Positions 21,089-30,596 are shown, numbered from the stretch's first letter. The stretch is 64,000 nucleotides of DNA from Pseudomonadota bacterium (GCA_030691265.1 JAUYET010000075.1:880-64879); one strand, 5' to 3'. The notes: generated by a model from the letters alone, not told the origin. Program-made: numbers and translations.

Positions 21089-21426
21089 CTCTGCAAACCA
21101 TCAAATCCCTCGACGGCAAGGACGAATACGTGCTCCTGCCGATTGCGGTATACCAATCGCTCCAGGATGAAATCGTGCAGGCTATGGCGCAACCGCGCGT
21201 GCGCGCAAAGGACGATGTCTACCTGCCCTTCGTCCTGGAGGACTATGTCGATAACCCCGTCGCTCTGGCCCGCATGCAAGCCCATGTCACCCAGCAAGAA
21301 CTCGCGCATCGCCTCGGCGTTACACAGGCTTACATCAGCAAAGTGGAACGCCAGGAAAAGGTGACCCCCAAACTGCTGGAGCGGGTCCAATCCGCGCTCG
21401 CGCTGAATGCCATCCACAACGCTTGA
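21085..21426 (+). CDS. Antitoxin with a C-terminal XRE-type HTH domain
   Basis: ATGA overlap with the toxin gene. HTH VTQQELAHRLGVTQAYISKVERQEK. Toxin-first order, as in HigBA-like modules. Confidence 0.75.
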   Translation: MTLQTIKSLDGKDEYVLLPIAVYQSLQDEIVQAMAQPRVRAKDDVYLPFVLEDYVDNPVALARMQAHVTQQELAHRLGVTQAYISKVERQEKVTPKLLERVQSALALNAIHNA

Positions 21427-21841
21427 GAAATCGGGGCGCGGTTTCGCGCTGCCCGCCGCCATCTTCCTGCTGGTGGTGCTGGGCGGCTTGGCTGCCTGGA
21501 TGATGCAGCTCACCGTGGCGACGCAGGCGCAGGATGCCTTGGCGATCGAGGGCGAGCGGGCCTACCGCACCGCCGAGGCCGGACTGGAGGCGGGCATTTA
21601 CGCGGCGCGGACGAGCGGCGCTTGCGCGACGCAGACGCTGACCTTCAGCGGCCAACTATCCCGCTTCACGGCATCTGTGACATGCACGCCGTATGCCGCC
21701 GACGAAGGCGGCCTGGCGGTGACGCACTATCGAATCACCAGCGTCGCCTGTAACCAGCCGGCCGCCGGCGCCTGCCCAAATACCGCACCGACCCTGCCGG
21801 AATATGCGGAGCGGCAGGTGCGCGCGCTGGTGGAACGATGA
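21407..21841 (+). CDS. mshP: MshP-like pilus biogenesis protein
   Basis: RGFALPAAIFLLVVLGGLAAWMM pseudopilin-like N-terminus. The ATG lies inside the last 20 nt of the antitoxin gene. Confidence 0.5.
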   Translation: MPSTTLEKSGRGFALPAAIFLLVVLGGLAAWMMQLTVATQAQDALAIEGERAYRTAEAGLEAGIYAARTSGACATQTLTFSGQLSRFTASVTCTPYAADEGGLAVTHYRITSVACNQPAAGACPNTAPTLPEYAERQVRALVER

Positions 21842-24800
21842 CCCCGCGCCTGATCGTCCTCTGGCTGGTGCTTTGCCTGACGTCGGGCGCCGAGGCCGCC
21901 ACGCGTTACGTCTGCCCCTCGGGCTGCGCCTACAACCGTATTCAGTCGGCCATCAACGCCGCGCGCAGCGGCGACATCATCGCCATCGGCGATGGCACTT
22001 ATGCGGAAAATCTGGAGATAGAGGTGAACAACCTCGTCCTTCAGGGCAGCAGCGGCAGTCCGGCTGCCGTCATCGTCCAGGGCAACGACAACAGCGTGAA
22101 GATCGACGGCAACAACGTCACGCTGGAAAACCTGACGGTCAACGTCACCGGCGCCAATACCCGCGCCATCAAGATCGAGGGCAACAACGTCATTCTGCGC
22201 AACTTGGCGGTCAATGCGCCGAATGCCAGCAACCCGGCGATCAAGGTCGAGGGCAGCGGCGCCAGCATCGACAGGGTCAGTATTACCGGTAATGACAAGG
22301 GCATCGAGATCGAGGGCAACAACTTCACGATCACCGCTGTCGACATCGCCAATCTGCCCAGCTACGGCATCGACATCGCCGAAAACGCCAGTGGCAGCAT
22401 CCGCGACAGCCGCATCCGGAATACCGGCGACAAGGCCATCCATGCCGATGGACGCGCGAACGTCAGCCTCTCCGGCAATTGCCTGATGAGCGGGCGGGGC
22501 AATAACGCGGGCGGGTTTTCCGGTTCTTCATACAGCTTCAGCGGCAACTTCTGGAGCACCGCGGCGGGCGTCCAGGTTACGCCGGACTATCCGGACAGCG
22601 CGGCTCGGAGCAGTTGCCCCTTCGCCGCGAGCCTCATCGCCCATTACAGGTTCGACGACACCTGGAGCGGCAGCGACCTGCTCGATGACAGTTCCGGCCG
22701 CAACAAGCATGCCACGCTGCGGGGAACGGTGACGCAGGAATCCGCGCCGGCCGCGAACGCCAAGCCCGATACCTGCAAGGCCGGCAATTTCAACAAAGCC
22801 GGCTGGTTCGCCACGCCTGCGGGACTCGATATCGACACTGCGGCGAACGCGAAAAACAGCGTGTCGTTCTGGATGTACTGGGATGGCGGCTTCCATACGC
22901 AAAACTTCACCATGCCGTTCAGTTGGGGAGGCGTCTATTACGACCTGGCCGTATCCAAGTACCGCTCGAACATGGGCGCCGGCGTGATCGGCTTCAACAC
23001 CGGCAATGGCGATGTCTATGGCGTCACCGCCGCCGGGCTGGCCAATGGCTGGCACCATGTCGCGGCGGTGTTCAACAACGGCGATGTCACCAAGAGCACG
23101 CTATACCTCGATGGCGTGCAGAAGAGCCTGACCTCCTATGCCGGCCAGAACGCAAGATCGGCCACCACGTCGGCAGGCATCGGCGCCGGCGCGGGCTGGG
23201 GTGGCGATTACAAGTGGAGCGGCAAGCTCGACAATCTCAAGATATACAAGGGCACGATCAGCAGCGCCCAGATCGCGGCGGACATGGTGGAAACCGTCAG
23301 CTGCGCCGGCGCGCCCAGCGGCCCCGCCGCCCTCAACGCGGTGGATGTCGGCGCCAACGCGGTGAGCGGCCAGATCGCCACGAAAACGGCGGGCGCCGCG
23401 TTCAGCCTGGATATCTACGCCCTCAACGCCGCGCGTACCGCCCAGGACAGCGCCGCCACGGGCGATGTGCTGCTCGACCTGCTCGCCAATAACGCCACCG
23501 GTGTGGCGCGGGATGCCAACAACTGTCCGACCAGCGGCACGACGCTCAGTGTCGGCACGGTCACCCTGGCTGCCGGCAAGGTCACTGCGGCGATGGGCGC
23601 GGTGGCGAATTCCTGGCGCGACGTGCGCGTGCGCATGCGCTACCCGGCGACCGGCGCTGCCACCGTCACCGCCTGTTCGGCGGACAACTTCGCGGTGAAG
23701 CCGGCCACGCTCAGCGCCATCGCCAGCCATGCCGATTGGCAGACGGCGGGATCGACACTGCTGGCCAATACCGGCGCCAGCGGCGGCGCGATCCACAAGG
23801 CCGGACGCCCGTTCAGCGTGCGGGTCACCGGCTACAACGCCAGCAATGCCATCACTTCCAACTACGACGGCAGCCCGACGGCGAGCAGCGCTTGCGTCCT
23901 CCCGGCCAGCGGCTGTGTGGCGGGCGCCTTCAACGCCGGCGCGTTCAGCGCCAGCGCCGGTACCGCCGCCAGCAGCACGGCGAGCTACAGCGAAGCGGGG
24001 GCGATTGCGGCGACCTTCAGCGATACCGGCTACGCCAGCGTCGATAGCGACGACACGGCCGCCAGTTGCGCCGGCTTCCACGTCTGCGCCAGCGCCATCG
24101 ATATCGGCCGCTTCGTGCCCGACCACTTCGATATCAGCGCCAACACCCCGACCTTCACCCCCGCCTGCGGCACGTTCAGCTACCTGGGTCAGCCGTTCGG
24201 CTTCGGCACGGGTTTGGGCGCCTCGCCGGTATGGACCGTCATCGCGCGCAACTACGCGGGCGCCACTACCCTCAACTACACCGGCAGCCTGTTCAAGCTC
24301 GCCGCCGGCACTGTGAGCGGCCAGGCCTGGAGCGCGGCCAGCGGCACGCTCGCCGTCGTCGGCAGCTTGCCCGCGGTCAGCGTCAGCGACCTGGGCAGCG
24401 GCCAGGGCAGCCTTGTTTTCAGCGTCGGCGACCCGGCTGGCGGCGGCGGCCTGGCGTTCGCCCGCACCGCCCTGGCCGCCCCATTCGACGCCAGCCTCAC
24501 GCTCGCCGCCAGCGTCGCCGACAGCGAAGGCGTGATCCACGCCGGCAATCCCTGGCAGCACAGCGGTATCGGTTTCGACGACGCCAATGCCGCCACCGCG
24601 ACCGACGCGCAATTCCGCTTCGGCCGCCTGCGTTTGAGCCATGCCGTCGGTTCGGAACTGCTGCCGCTGCCGGTGCCGCTCACCGCGCAATACTGGAACG
24701 GCCAGGGCTTCGTGGCCAACACGGCGGACAACTGCACCGCGCTGACCACGCCCAGCCTCACGTTTTATACGGCAAGCGCCGACAACCACCTCGCCAGCGG

Positions 24801-25050
24801 GGAGACCACGGCCAGCTTCAACGCCACCCTCGCCGCCGGCAACGGCAATCTGCGTTTATCCGCGCCGGGCGGCGGCAATTTCGGCTACCTGGACCTGGTG
24901 ATCGGCGCGCCGAACTGGCTGAAATACAACTGGGATGGCGTCGATCAGGGCGGCGATGTCGATCTGTTCGACGACAACCCGCGTGCGCGCGTCGCCTTCG
25001 GCAAACGCAAAGGCGCGGACAAGGTCATCATTCGTCGGGAAATTTATTGA
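21838..25050 (+). CDS. mshQ: MshQ-like giant pilus-associated protein: N-terminal right-handed beta-helix, LamG domain, MshQ-type C-terminal region
   Basis: Signal peptide. ~22-aa beta-helix repeats (IDGNNVTLENLTVNV / IEGNNVILRNLAVNA / IEGNNFTITAVDI). LamG-like LIAHYRFDD...GWHHVAAVF...LYLDGV...GKLDNLKIY. C-terminus FRFGRLRL...YWNG.GF...NWLKYNW...NPRARVAFG. Confidence 0.65.
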   Translation: MTPRLIVLWLVLCLTSGAEAATRYVCPSGCAYNRIQSAINAARSGDIIAIGDGTYAENLEIEVNNLVLQGSSGSPAAVIVQGNDNSVKIDGNNVTLENLTVNVTGANTRAIKIEGNNVILRNLAVNAPNASNPAIKVEGSGASIDRVSITGNDKGIEIEGNNFTITAVDIANLPSYGIDIAENASGSIRDSRIRNTGDKAIHADGRANVSLSGNCLMSGRGNNAGGFSGSSYSFSGNFWSTAAGVQVTPDYPDSAARSSCPFAASLIAHYRFDDTWSGSDLLDDSSGRNKHATLRGTVTQESAPAANAKPDTCKAGNFNKAGWFATPAGLDIDTAANAKNSVSFWMYWDGGFHTQNFTMPFSWGGVYYDLAVSKYRSNMGAGVIGFNTGNGDVYGVTAAGLANGWHHVAAVFNNGDVTKSTLYLDGVQKSLTSYAGQNARSATTSAGIGAGAGWGGDYKWSGKLDNLKIYKGTISSAQIAADMVETVSCAGAPSGPAALNAVDVGANAVSGQIATKTAGAAFSLDIYALNAARTAQDSAATGDVLLDLLANNATGVARDANNCPTSGTTLSVGTVTLAAGKVTAAMGAVANSWRDVRVRMRYPATGAATVTACSADNFAVKPATLSAIASHADWQTAGSTLLANTGASGGAIHKAGRPFSVRVTGYNASNAITSNYDGSPTASSACVLPASGCVAGAFNAGAFSASAGTAASSTASYSEAGAIAATFSDTGYASVDSDDTAASCAGFHVCASAIDIGRFVPDHFDISANTPTFTPACGTFSYLGQPFGFGTGLGASPVWTVIARNYAGATTLNYTGSLFKLAAGTVSGQAWSAASGTLAVVGSLPAVSVSDLGSGQGSLVFSVGDPAGGGGLAFARTALAAPFDASLTLAASVADSEGVIHAGNPWQHSGIGFDDANAATATDAQFRFGRLRLSHAVGSELLPLPVPLTAQYWNGQGFVANTADNCTALTTPSLTFYTASADNHLASGETTASFNATLAAGNGNLRLSAPGGGNFGYLDLVIGAPNWLKYNWDGVDQGGDVDLFDDNPRARVAFGKRKGADKVIIRREIY

Positions 25051-25110
25051 CATGACAATGGCTTATCGCAGTAATCTCGCGCGGAACATGAACCCGAATC
25101 AGACAAGCCG

Positions 25111-26031
25111 ATGAATTGGCTCAAATCCCGAGCCCATAGTCGCGCTCATGCCGTGTTGTCGCACTATCTGAGCGGTACAGCGGCCTTGCTTGTGCAGGGC
25201 GCAGGCGAACGGGTGCGCGTGCTTGCTTTTTCGCAGCACGAAAATATGCAGTTTTCTGCGGATTTGCTGAACCGGGTCGCAGCGGAGGCCGGCATCAAGC
25301 ATTCGCCCCTGATCGCGCTGCTCGGCCAGGAGCACTACCAGACCATGATGGTGGAAGCGCCGAGCGTGCCGGAGGATGAAATCAAGAGCGCGATCCGCTG
25401 GAAAGTGAAGGATTTGCTCAATTTCCATATCGACGACGCCGTGCTCGACCACTTGCCGGTGCCCGGCGGCAGCGGCCATCCGCCGAGCCTGTATGTGGTG
25501 GCGGCGCAAGCGCAGGCCGTGCGTGCGCTGGTGCAGCCCTACCATGACGCCGGCTTGCAACTTGACGTGATCGACATCCGCGAGACCGCCCAGCACAACC
25601 TGGCGATGCGTGTCGCGCCGGCCGACTACGCCGTGGCCGTATTGCATTTCGATGGCGAAAACGGCCTGCTCACCTTCAGTTTCGGCGCCAACCTGATCCT
25701 GTCGCGGCGCATCGAGGGGCGGGGCGCCAGCGGCGAGGCGCTGCTCGACAAGGTGGCGATGGAAAGCCAGCGTTCGGTGGATTACTTTGAACGTCAATAT
25801 TCCTGGTTTCCCCTGGCCAAGCTTTATCTGGCGCCGGCCGCACAAGCGCAGGCGCTGCTGCGTCGCTTGAGCGAATACCTGCCGATCGGCGCGGAAAGCC
25901 TGGATCTGGGCCGGGTGTTCGATTTCACCGGCCAGATACAACTCCAGGACACGCAGGTGCAAAACGCCGCCTTCCATTTGCTCGGCGCGGCATTGCGGCC
26001 AGGGGCGGAAAGCTCGGACACCGCGCGATGA
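25111..26031 (+). CDS. mshI: PilM/MshI-like pilus assembly protein (N-terminal half of Vibrio-type MshI)
   Basis: Actin-like PilM pattern. Position upstream of the PilN/PilO-like genes. Confidence 0.6.
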   Translation: MNWLKSRAHSRAHAVLSHYLSGTAALLVQGAGERVRVLAFSQHENMQFSADLLNRVAAEAGIKHSPLIALLGQEHYQTMMVEAPSVPEDEIKSAIRWKVKDLLNFHIDDAVLDHLPVPGGSGHPPSLYVVAAQAQAVRALVQPYHDAGLQLDVIDIRETAQHNLAMRVAPADYAVAVLHFDGENGLLTFSFGANLILSRRIEGRGASGEALLDKVAMESQRSVDYFERQYSWFPLAKLYLAPAAQAQALLRRLSEYLPIGAESLDLGRVFDFTGQIQLQDTQVQNAAFHLLGAALRPGAESSDTAR

Positions 26032-26720
26032 AGCAGATCAACCTCTACCAAACCGAGTTCCGGCCGCCAAAAATCATCCTGCCGGCACGCGAGATGGCGA
26101 TTAGCGGCGTGGTTTTTCTGCTTGGCCTGCTGGCGCTCTATGCCTGGAATGGCTGGCAACTGAAGCAGTTGCGGCAGCAGGTTGAACAGGTCGAGCAACG
26201 CGCCGATGCGGTCGCCCGCCAGATCGCGGCCAGCGCGCCGGGCGCCCGCCAGGCCGATCCGAATCTGGCGCTTGAGGCGCAGTCGCTGGAAGCCCGGGTG
26301 CATGCGCTGCAGCAAGCGCAAGACGCCATTGCCGGCGGCGAACTGGGTTCTGAAACCGGCTACTCGGCGCAATTCCGGGCGCTGGCGCGCACGGCCGGTT
26401 CCGGCGCCTGGCTGACCGGCGTGACCATCGCGGATGGCGGCCGCGCGATGGATCTGCGCGGCCGCGCCCGCAGCGGTTCCGAGCCGGCGCGGCTGATCGC
26501 CGGCTTGCGTCGCGAACCGCTGCTTGTCGGCCTGTCTTTCGCCGTGCTGGATGTGCATCCGCCGGTGGATGCAGCGGCGGCTGCGAATGCGTCGTTACCG
26601 CCAGCCGGCCAGGCCGGGCGTAGCCTGGAGCCGCGCTATCTGGAGTTCTCGCTGCAAGCGCGCCTGCCGGAAGCGGCCGCGCCAAATTCCCTGTCCGCCG
26701 TAAAACCGGGTACGCCATGA
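26028..26720 (+). CDS. PilN-like fimbrial assembly protein (MshI C-terminal-half equivalent)
   Basis: MKQINLYQTEFRPPK plus a single TM and a coiled coil. ATGA overlap with the upstream gene. Confidence 0.55.
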   Translation: MKQINLYQTEFRPPKIILPAREMAISGVVFLLGLLALYAWNGWQLKQLRQQVEQVEQRADAVARQIAASAPGARQADPNLALEAQSLEARVHALQQAQDAIAGGELGSETGYSAQFRALARTAGSGAWLTGVTIADGGRAMDLRGRARSGSEPARLIAGLRREPLLVGLSFAVLDVHPPVDAAAAANASLPPAGQAGRSLEPRYLEFSLQARLPEAAAPNSLSAVKPGTP

Positions 26721-27376
26721 GCGCCTTGACTGACAAGCTGAAGAAAGTCGATGCGCTGACGCTGCGCGAGCGGGCCATCCTGTTCATCCTGCTGTTGGCC
26801 GGCATCTGGGCGGTCGTGGACACCTTGCTGTTGTCGCCGCAGGAATACGCCCGCAAGGAAGAACGGGAAAAAATCACCCAGGCCAGCGCCAAGCTGGTCG
26901 AGGCCGAGCAGGCGCTGACGCTGCGCGCCGGGCAGCCCGATCCCGATCAGGCCGCCCGGCTGCGCCTGGAGCGCGCGCAGCAGGCCTTGAACGCACGCCA
27001 GCAAACCGCCGCCAGCCTGCAAGCCCGTCTGGTGGCCCCGAAGGACATGGTGCGCGTGTTGCAAGGCATGTCGGCCGATCAGCCCGGCTTGCGTCTGGTC
27101 AGTCTGAACACCCTGGCGCCGGAGGCGGTCGGGCAGTCGGCTAAAGAGCCCGACAAAGTGCAAGCCGCGCCAACGACTCCGCTGTTCAAACATGGCGTCA
27201 AGCTGACTCTGGTCGGCAACTACGCCGCGCTGACCCAATACATGGAAAAGCTGGAACGCTTGCCGGTCGGCTTTTATTGGGCGCGGGCCGAACTCGATGC
27301 CAGCGCGCATCCCGACATCAGCCTGACGCTGACCCTCTACACCCTGAGTCTGGAGCGGACATGGCTGACCGTTTGA
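26717..27376 (+). CDS. mshJ: MshJ (PilO-like)
   Basis: TM plus coiled coil plus a C-terminal LTLVGNYAALTQYMEKLERLP pattern. Confidence 0.6.
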   Translation: MSALTDKLKKVDALTLRERAILFILLLAGIWAVVDTLLLSPQEYARKEEREKITQASAKLVEAEQALTLRAGQPDPDQAARLRLERAQQALNARQQTAASLQARLVAPKDMVRVLQGMSADQPGLRLVSLNTLAPEAVGQSAKEPDKVQAAPTTPLFKHGVKLTLVGNYAALTQYMEKLERLPVGFYWARAELDASAHPDISLTLTLYTLSLERTWLTV

Positions 27377-27405
27377 ACCTTGCCGATCAGACTGTAGGCA
27401 AGATC

Positions 27406-27481
27406 GTAGGGCGGAAAAGCGGCTCGCCTTCCGCCGTATGCACCGAGCGTTGGCGGAAGGCGCTGCGCTTTTCCGCCCTAC
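27406..27481. repeat. REP pair (gtagggcggaaaagcg..gccttccgcc family)
   Basis: Palindrome between mshJ and mshK, followed by the degenerate direct repeats ccctacgatcc x2. Confidence 0.75.
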
Positions 27482-27522
27482 GATCCGCCCTACGATCCGT
27501 TCTACGCAGACCGATCGCTTCG

Positions 27523-27897
27523 ATGTTCGTCGCGTTGCTGCTAACTGGCGCAGCGCGTGCCGATAGCGCCGACCCGACCCGGCCGCCGCAGGGTTTTTCC
27601 GAACAGCCCGGCGCGGTCGCGCAAACCCCGCAGGACGCCCCCTTGGTCGTGTCCAGCCTGTTTCTCATGGGAGCCAAACCCTATGCCGTGGTCGATGGCC
27701 AGATCGTGCGGCCAGGCGATCCGCTGGCCGATGGCAAGGTGGTCAGGATCGACACCAACGGCGTCTGGATTGCCATCCCCGGAAGTGGCAAGTCCCGAAC
27801 GAGTATGCGGCAGCTCAAATGGCTGCCGGAAGTGGTCAAGACGCCCGCCAAGGCATCTGCCAATGCACCTACCAAAGCGCGCATGGAGAAGAAATGA
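27523..27897 (+). CDS. mshK: MshK (PilP-like)
   Basis: Signal peptide, DPTRPP motif, and a C-terminal AVVDGQIVRPGDPLADGKVVRID beta domain. Confidence 0.5.
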   Translation: MFVALLLTGAARADSADPTRPPQGFSEQPGAVAQTPQDAPLVVSSLFLMGAKPYAVVDGQIVRPGDPLADGKVVRIDTNGVWIAIPGSGKSRTSMRQLKWLPEVVKTPAKASANAPTKARMEKK

Positions 27898-29645
27898 TGA
27901 ACAAGCTGAAATCCCCCCACGCGCAAACCGGTCTTGTCTGTCTGGTGCTGGCCCTGGCCTTGACCGGCTGCGCCCAGGTCAAGGAAAAGCCGGTCCTGCC
28001 GCTGATTCAGGACGAACTGCACAAGGCCGCTGAAGCGCCGAAACCTAAATCAGAAACCAAGTCCCTGCCCGCTGCCGTCGAAGCCGCACTGGCGCCGCAG
28101 ACCCGGCTGGAACTGCCGAAAAGTGCCGCTCAAGCCGCCGAAGCGCGTTTCGATCTGGCGGTGAACGCCGCACCGGCGCAGCAAGTATTCCTCGGCATCG
28201 CCTCCGGCACCCGTTACAGCATGTTGTTGCACCCGGAGGTTGCCGGCAGCATCACCGTCAACCTGAAGGATGTGAACGTGCCCGAGGCGATGGATGCGCT
28301 GCGCGAGCTGTATGGCTACGAATACCGCATCGACGGCAACCGGATCTTCGTGCAGCCGCTGACCGCGCAAACCCGCTTCTATTCCATTGCCTACCCGGCG
28401 TCGTTGCGCCAGGGCAAGTCGGAATTGCGCGTGATTTCCGGTTCGATCGCCGATGCCGGCGCGAAGTCCGGCAGCGGCAGCACGCAAGTCGATAGCAGTC
28501 GGGTGACGACCTCGGTGGCGAGCGACTTCTGGGGCGAGTTGCAGGCTTCCGTGGGCATGCTGGTCGGCTGTTCGGTTGCCGCCAGTCCGACTACCGGCCA
28601 GATTGCCGGCCCGAGTGCGACGGCCACCAACTGCCCGAGCGGGCGCAGCGTCGGCGTCAGCCCGCATACCGGCATGTTGATGGTGCGCGCGTTGCCCATC
28701 GAGCAGCGGCAAGTGAACGAATATCTGAAAGCCGCGCGCATACAGGTCGAACGCCAGGTCATGATCGAGGCCAAGATCATCGATGTGACGCTGAACGAAA
28801 ACGCGCAGAGCGGCATCAACTGGGCGATGTTCAACAACGGCGTGCATAACGCGTCGAAGGGCGCGACGACCAGCGCTTTCCCCGCTCCAGGCGCTGCGCC
28901 GGCGACCAACCTGTCCGCCATGCTGGGCGTCGGTTTACCCGCTGCCGCAGGCGCCACCACGACATCGGCCGGCACCTTCGGCCTGGCGTTCCAGACCAGG
29001 AATTTTTCCGCACTGATCAACTTCCTGGAAGGCCAGGGCCAGGTGCAGGTGCTGTCCAGTCCGCGCATCGCCGCCATCAACAACCAGAAGGCGGTGCTCA
29101 AGGTCGGCACCGACGAGTTCTTCATCACCCAGATCACCAGCACGCCATCCACCAGCGGCACCACCACGACCACCTCGACCAGCGTCACCACGCAGCCGTT
29201 CTTCTCCGGCATCGCGCTCGACGTGACGCCGCAGATCGACGATGCCGACAACATCATCCTGCATGTGCATCCCTCGGTCAGCCAGGTCGTCACCGACGAA
29301 AAATCCATCGACCTGGGGACTCAGCAGGGGACTTACAAATTGCCGCTGGCGAAAAGCAGCGTCTCGGAAACCGATAGCATCGTGCGCCTGAAAGACGGCG
29401 AAATCGCCGCCATCGGCGGGTTGATGAAGCGCGAGTCGCGCGATGCCGGCAGCGGCGTGCCCGGCATCGGCGACATTCCCGGCTTAGGCTGGTTGTTCAA
29501 GAACACCAACAAATTGCGCCAGAAGCAGGAACTGGTGATTCTGCTCAAGCCGACGCTGATCAAACAGCAGTCGGACTGGATGCAAGGCGTGCGCGATGCC
29601 AGCGCGCGCTTGCAGGAGTTTTCTGCCGCGCCAGAGCCACGTTGA
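27894..29645 (+). CDS. mshL: MshL secretin (lipoprotein)
   Basis: Lipobox LALTGC. Secretin C-domain VLSSPRIAAINNQKAVLKVG...IVRLKDGEIAAIGGL...VPGIGDIPGLGWLF. Confidence 0.85.
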   Translation: MMNKLKSPHAQTGLVCLVLALALTGCAQVKEKPVLPLIQDELHKAAEAPKPKSETKSLPAAVEAALAPQTRLELPKSAAQAAEARFDLAVNAAPAQQVFLGIASGTRYSMLLHPEVAGSITVNLKDVNVPEAMDALRELYGYEYRIDGNRIFVQPLTAQTRFYSIAYPASLRQGKSELRVISGSIADAGAKSGSGSTQVDSSRVTTSVASDFWGELQASVGMLVGCSVAASPTTGQIAGPSATATNCPSGRSVGVSPHTGMLMVRALPIEQRQVNEYLKAARIQVERQVMIEAKIIDVTLNENAQSGINWAMFNNGVHNASKGATTSAFPAPGAAPATNLSAMLGVGLPAAAGATTTSAGTFGLAFQTRNFSALINFLEGQGQVQVLSSPRIAAINNQKAVLKVGTDEFFITQITSTPSTSGTTTTTSTSVTTQPFFSGIALDVTPQIDDADNIILHVHPSVSQVVTDEKSIDLGTQQGTYKLPLAKSSVSETDSIVRLKDGEIAAIGGLMKRESRDAGSGVPGIGDIPGLGWLFKNTNKLRQKQELVILLKPTLIKQQSDWMQGVRDASARLQEFSAAPEPR

Positions 29646-29660
29646 TGGCGTCTACACCCC

Positions 29661-29733
29661 GTAGGTTGGGCAAAGCACAGCGTGCCCAACGCTTGGCGGC
29701 GATGTTGGGCACGCTGCGCTTTGCCCAACCTAC
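29661..29733. repeat. REP pair (gtaggttgggcaaagc family)
   Basis: Palindrome between mshL and mshM. Confidence 0.85.
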
Positions 29734-29741
29734 GAAATGAC

Positions 29742-30596
29742 ATGTATCTAACCCATTTCGGCCTGAAAGAATTCCCCTTCGGCCTGACTCCCGACACCGG
29801 CTATTTCTTCCCCGGCGCCGGCGTCCAGGCGGCGCTCAACACCTTGCTGGTGGCGCTGGATTCCGGCGAGGGGCTGATCAAGATCGTCGGCGAAGTCGGT
29901 TCCGGCAAAACCCTGCTGTGCCGCTATCTGCTCAATCGACTGGAAAGCAAGGGCTGGGCCGCCGCCTATATTCCCAACCCGCATCTATCGCCGGCGGCGT
30001 TGAATCAGGCCTTGCTCGCCGAACTCGGCGGCGAGGGTGGCAACATCGTCAAACGCAGCATCGCTTATGGCCTCACCAAGGCGCTGGAAATACGCCTGCT
30101 CGAACTGGCGCAAGCCGGCAAGCCCGCCGTGGCGCTGATCGACGAAGCGCAAGCGATGCCGCTGGAAACGCTGGAAGCGTTGCGCCTGATCACCAATCTG
30201 GAAACCGAGAAGCGCAAGCTGTTGCAGATCGTGTTGTTCGGCCAGCCGGAACTCGATGTGCGCCTGGCCGACCCGTCGGTGCGCCAGATCAGAAGCCGCA
30301 TCGCCTTCCATGAACGCATCACGCCGCTGGCCGCGCACGAAACCCCGGTTTACCTGATGCATCGCGTCACCCAGGCGGGCGCCGCCGGGCCGCTGTTCAC
30401 GCCCGCTGCCGCGAAAAAACTGCATCGCCTCAGTCAGGGCGTGCCGCGCCTGCTCAACATCCTGGCGCACAAATCCCTGTTGCTGGCCTACGGCGAAGGC
30501 GCGCGCGAAGCCGCGCCGCGCCATGCCCGCCTGGCCGCACGCGATACGCCGGGCGCGCGGGCGCCCTGGTGGCAATATTTTCTGAGCGCGGCATGA
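29742..30596 (+). CDS. mshM: MshM (ExeA-like AAA ATPase)
   Basis: YLTHFGLKEFPF, Walker A GEVGSGKT, Walker B LIDEAQ. Confidence 0.8.
   Translation: MYLTHFGLKEFPFGLTPDTGYFFPGAGVQAALNTLLVALDSGEGLIKIVGEVGSGKTLLCRYLLNRLESKGWAAAYIPNPHLSPAALNQALLAELGGEGGNIVKRSIAYGLTKALEIRLLELAQAGKPAVALIDEAQAMPLETLEALRLITNLETEKRKLLQIVLFGQPELDVRLADPSVRQIRSRIAFHERITPLAAHETPVYLMHRVTQAGAAGPLFTPAAAKKLHRLSQGVPRLLNILAHKSLLLAYGEGAREAAPRHARLAARDTPGARAPWWQYFLSAA

Noticed and set aside
23101-24789. 562-aa ORF antisense to mshQ, plus many 60-330-aa ORFs in other frames of the same region
   Set aside because: The composition (poly Ala/Gly/Arg) and the absence of any motif fit GC-rich shadow ORFs. The + strand frame gives a coherent signal peptide, beta-helix, LamG and MshQ C-terminus.
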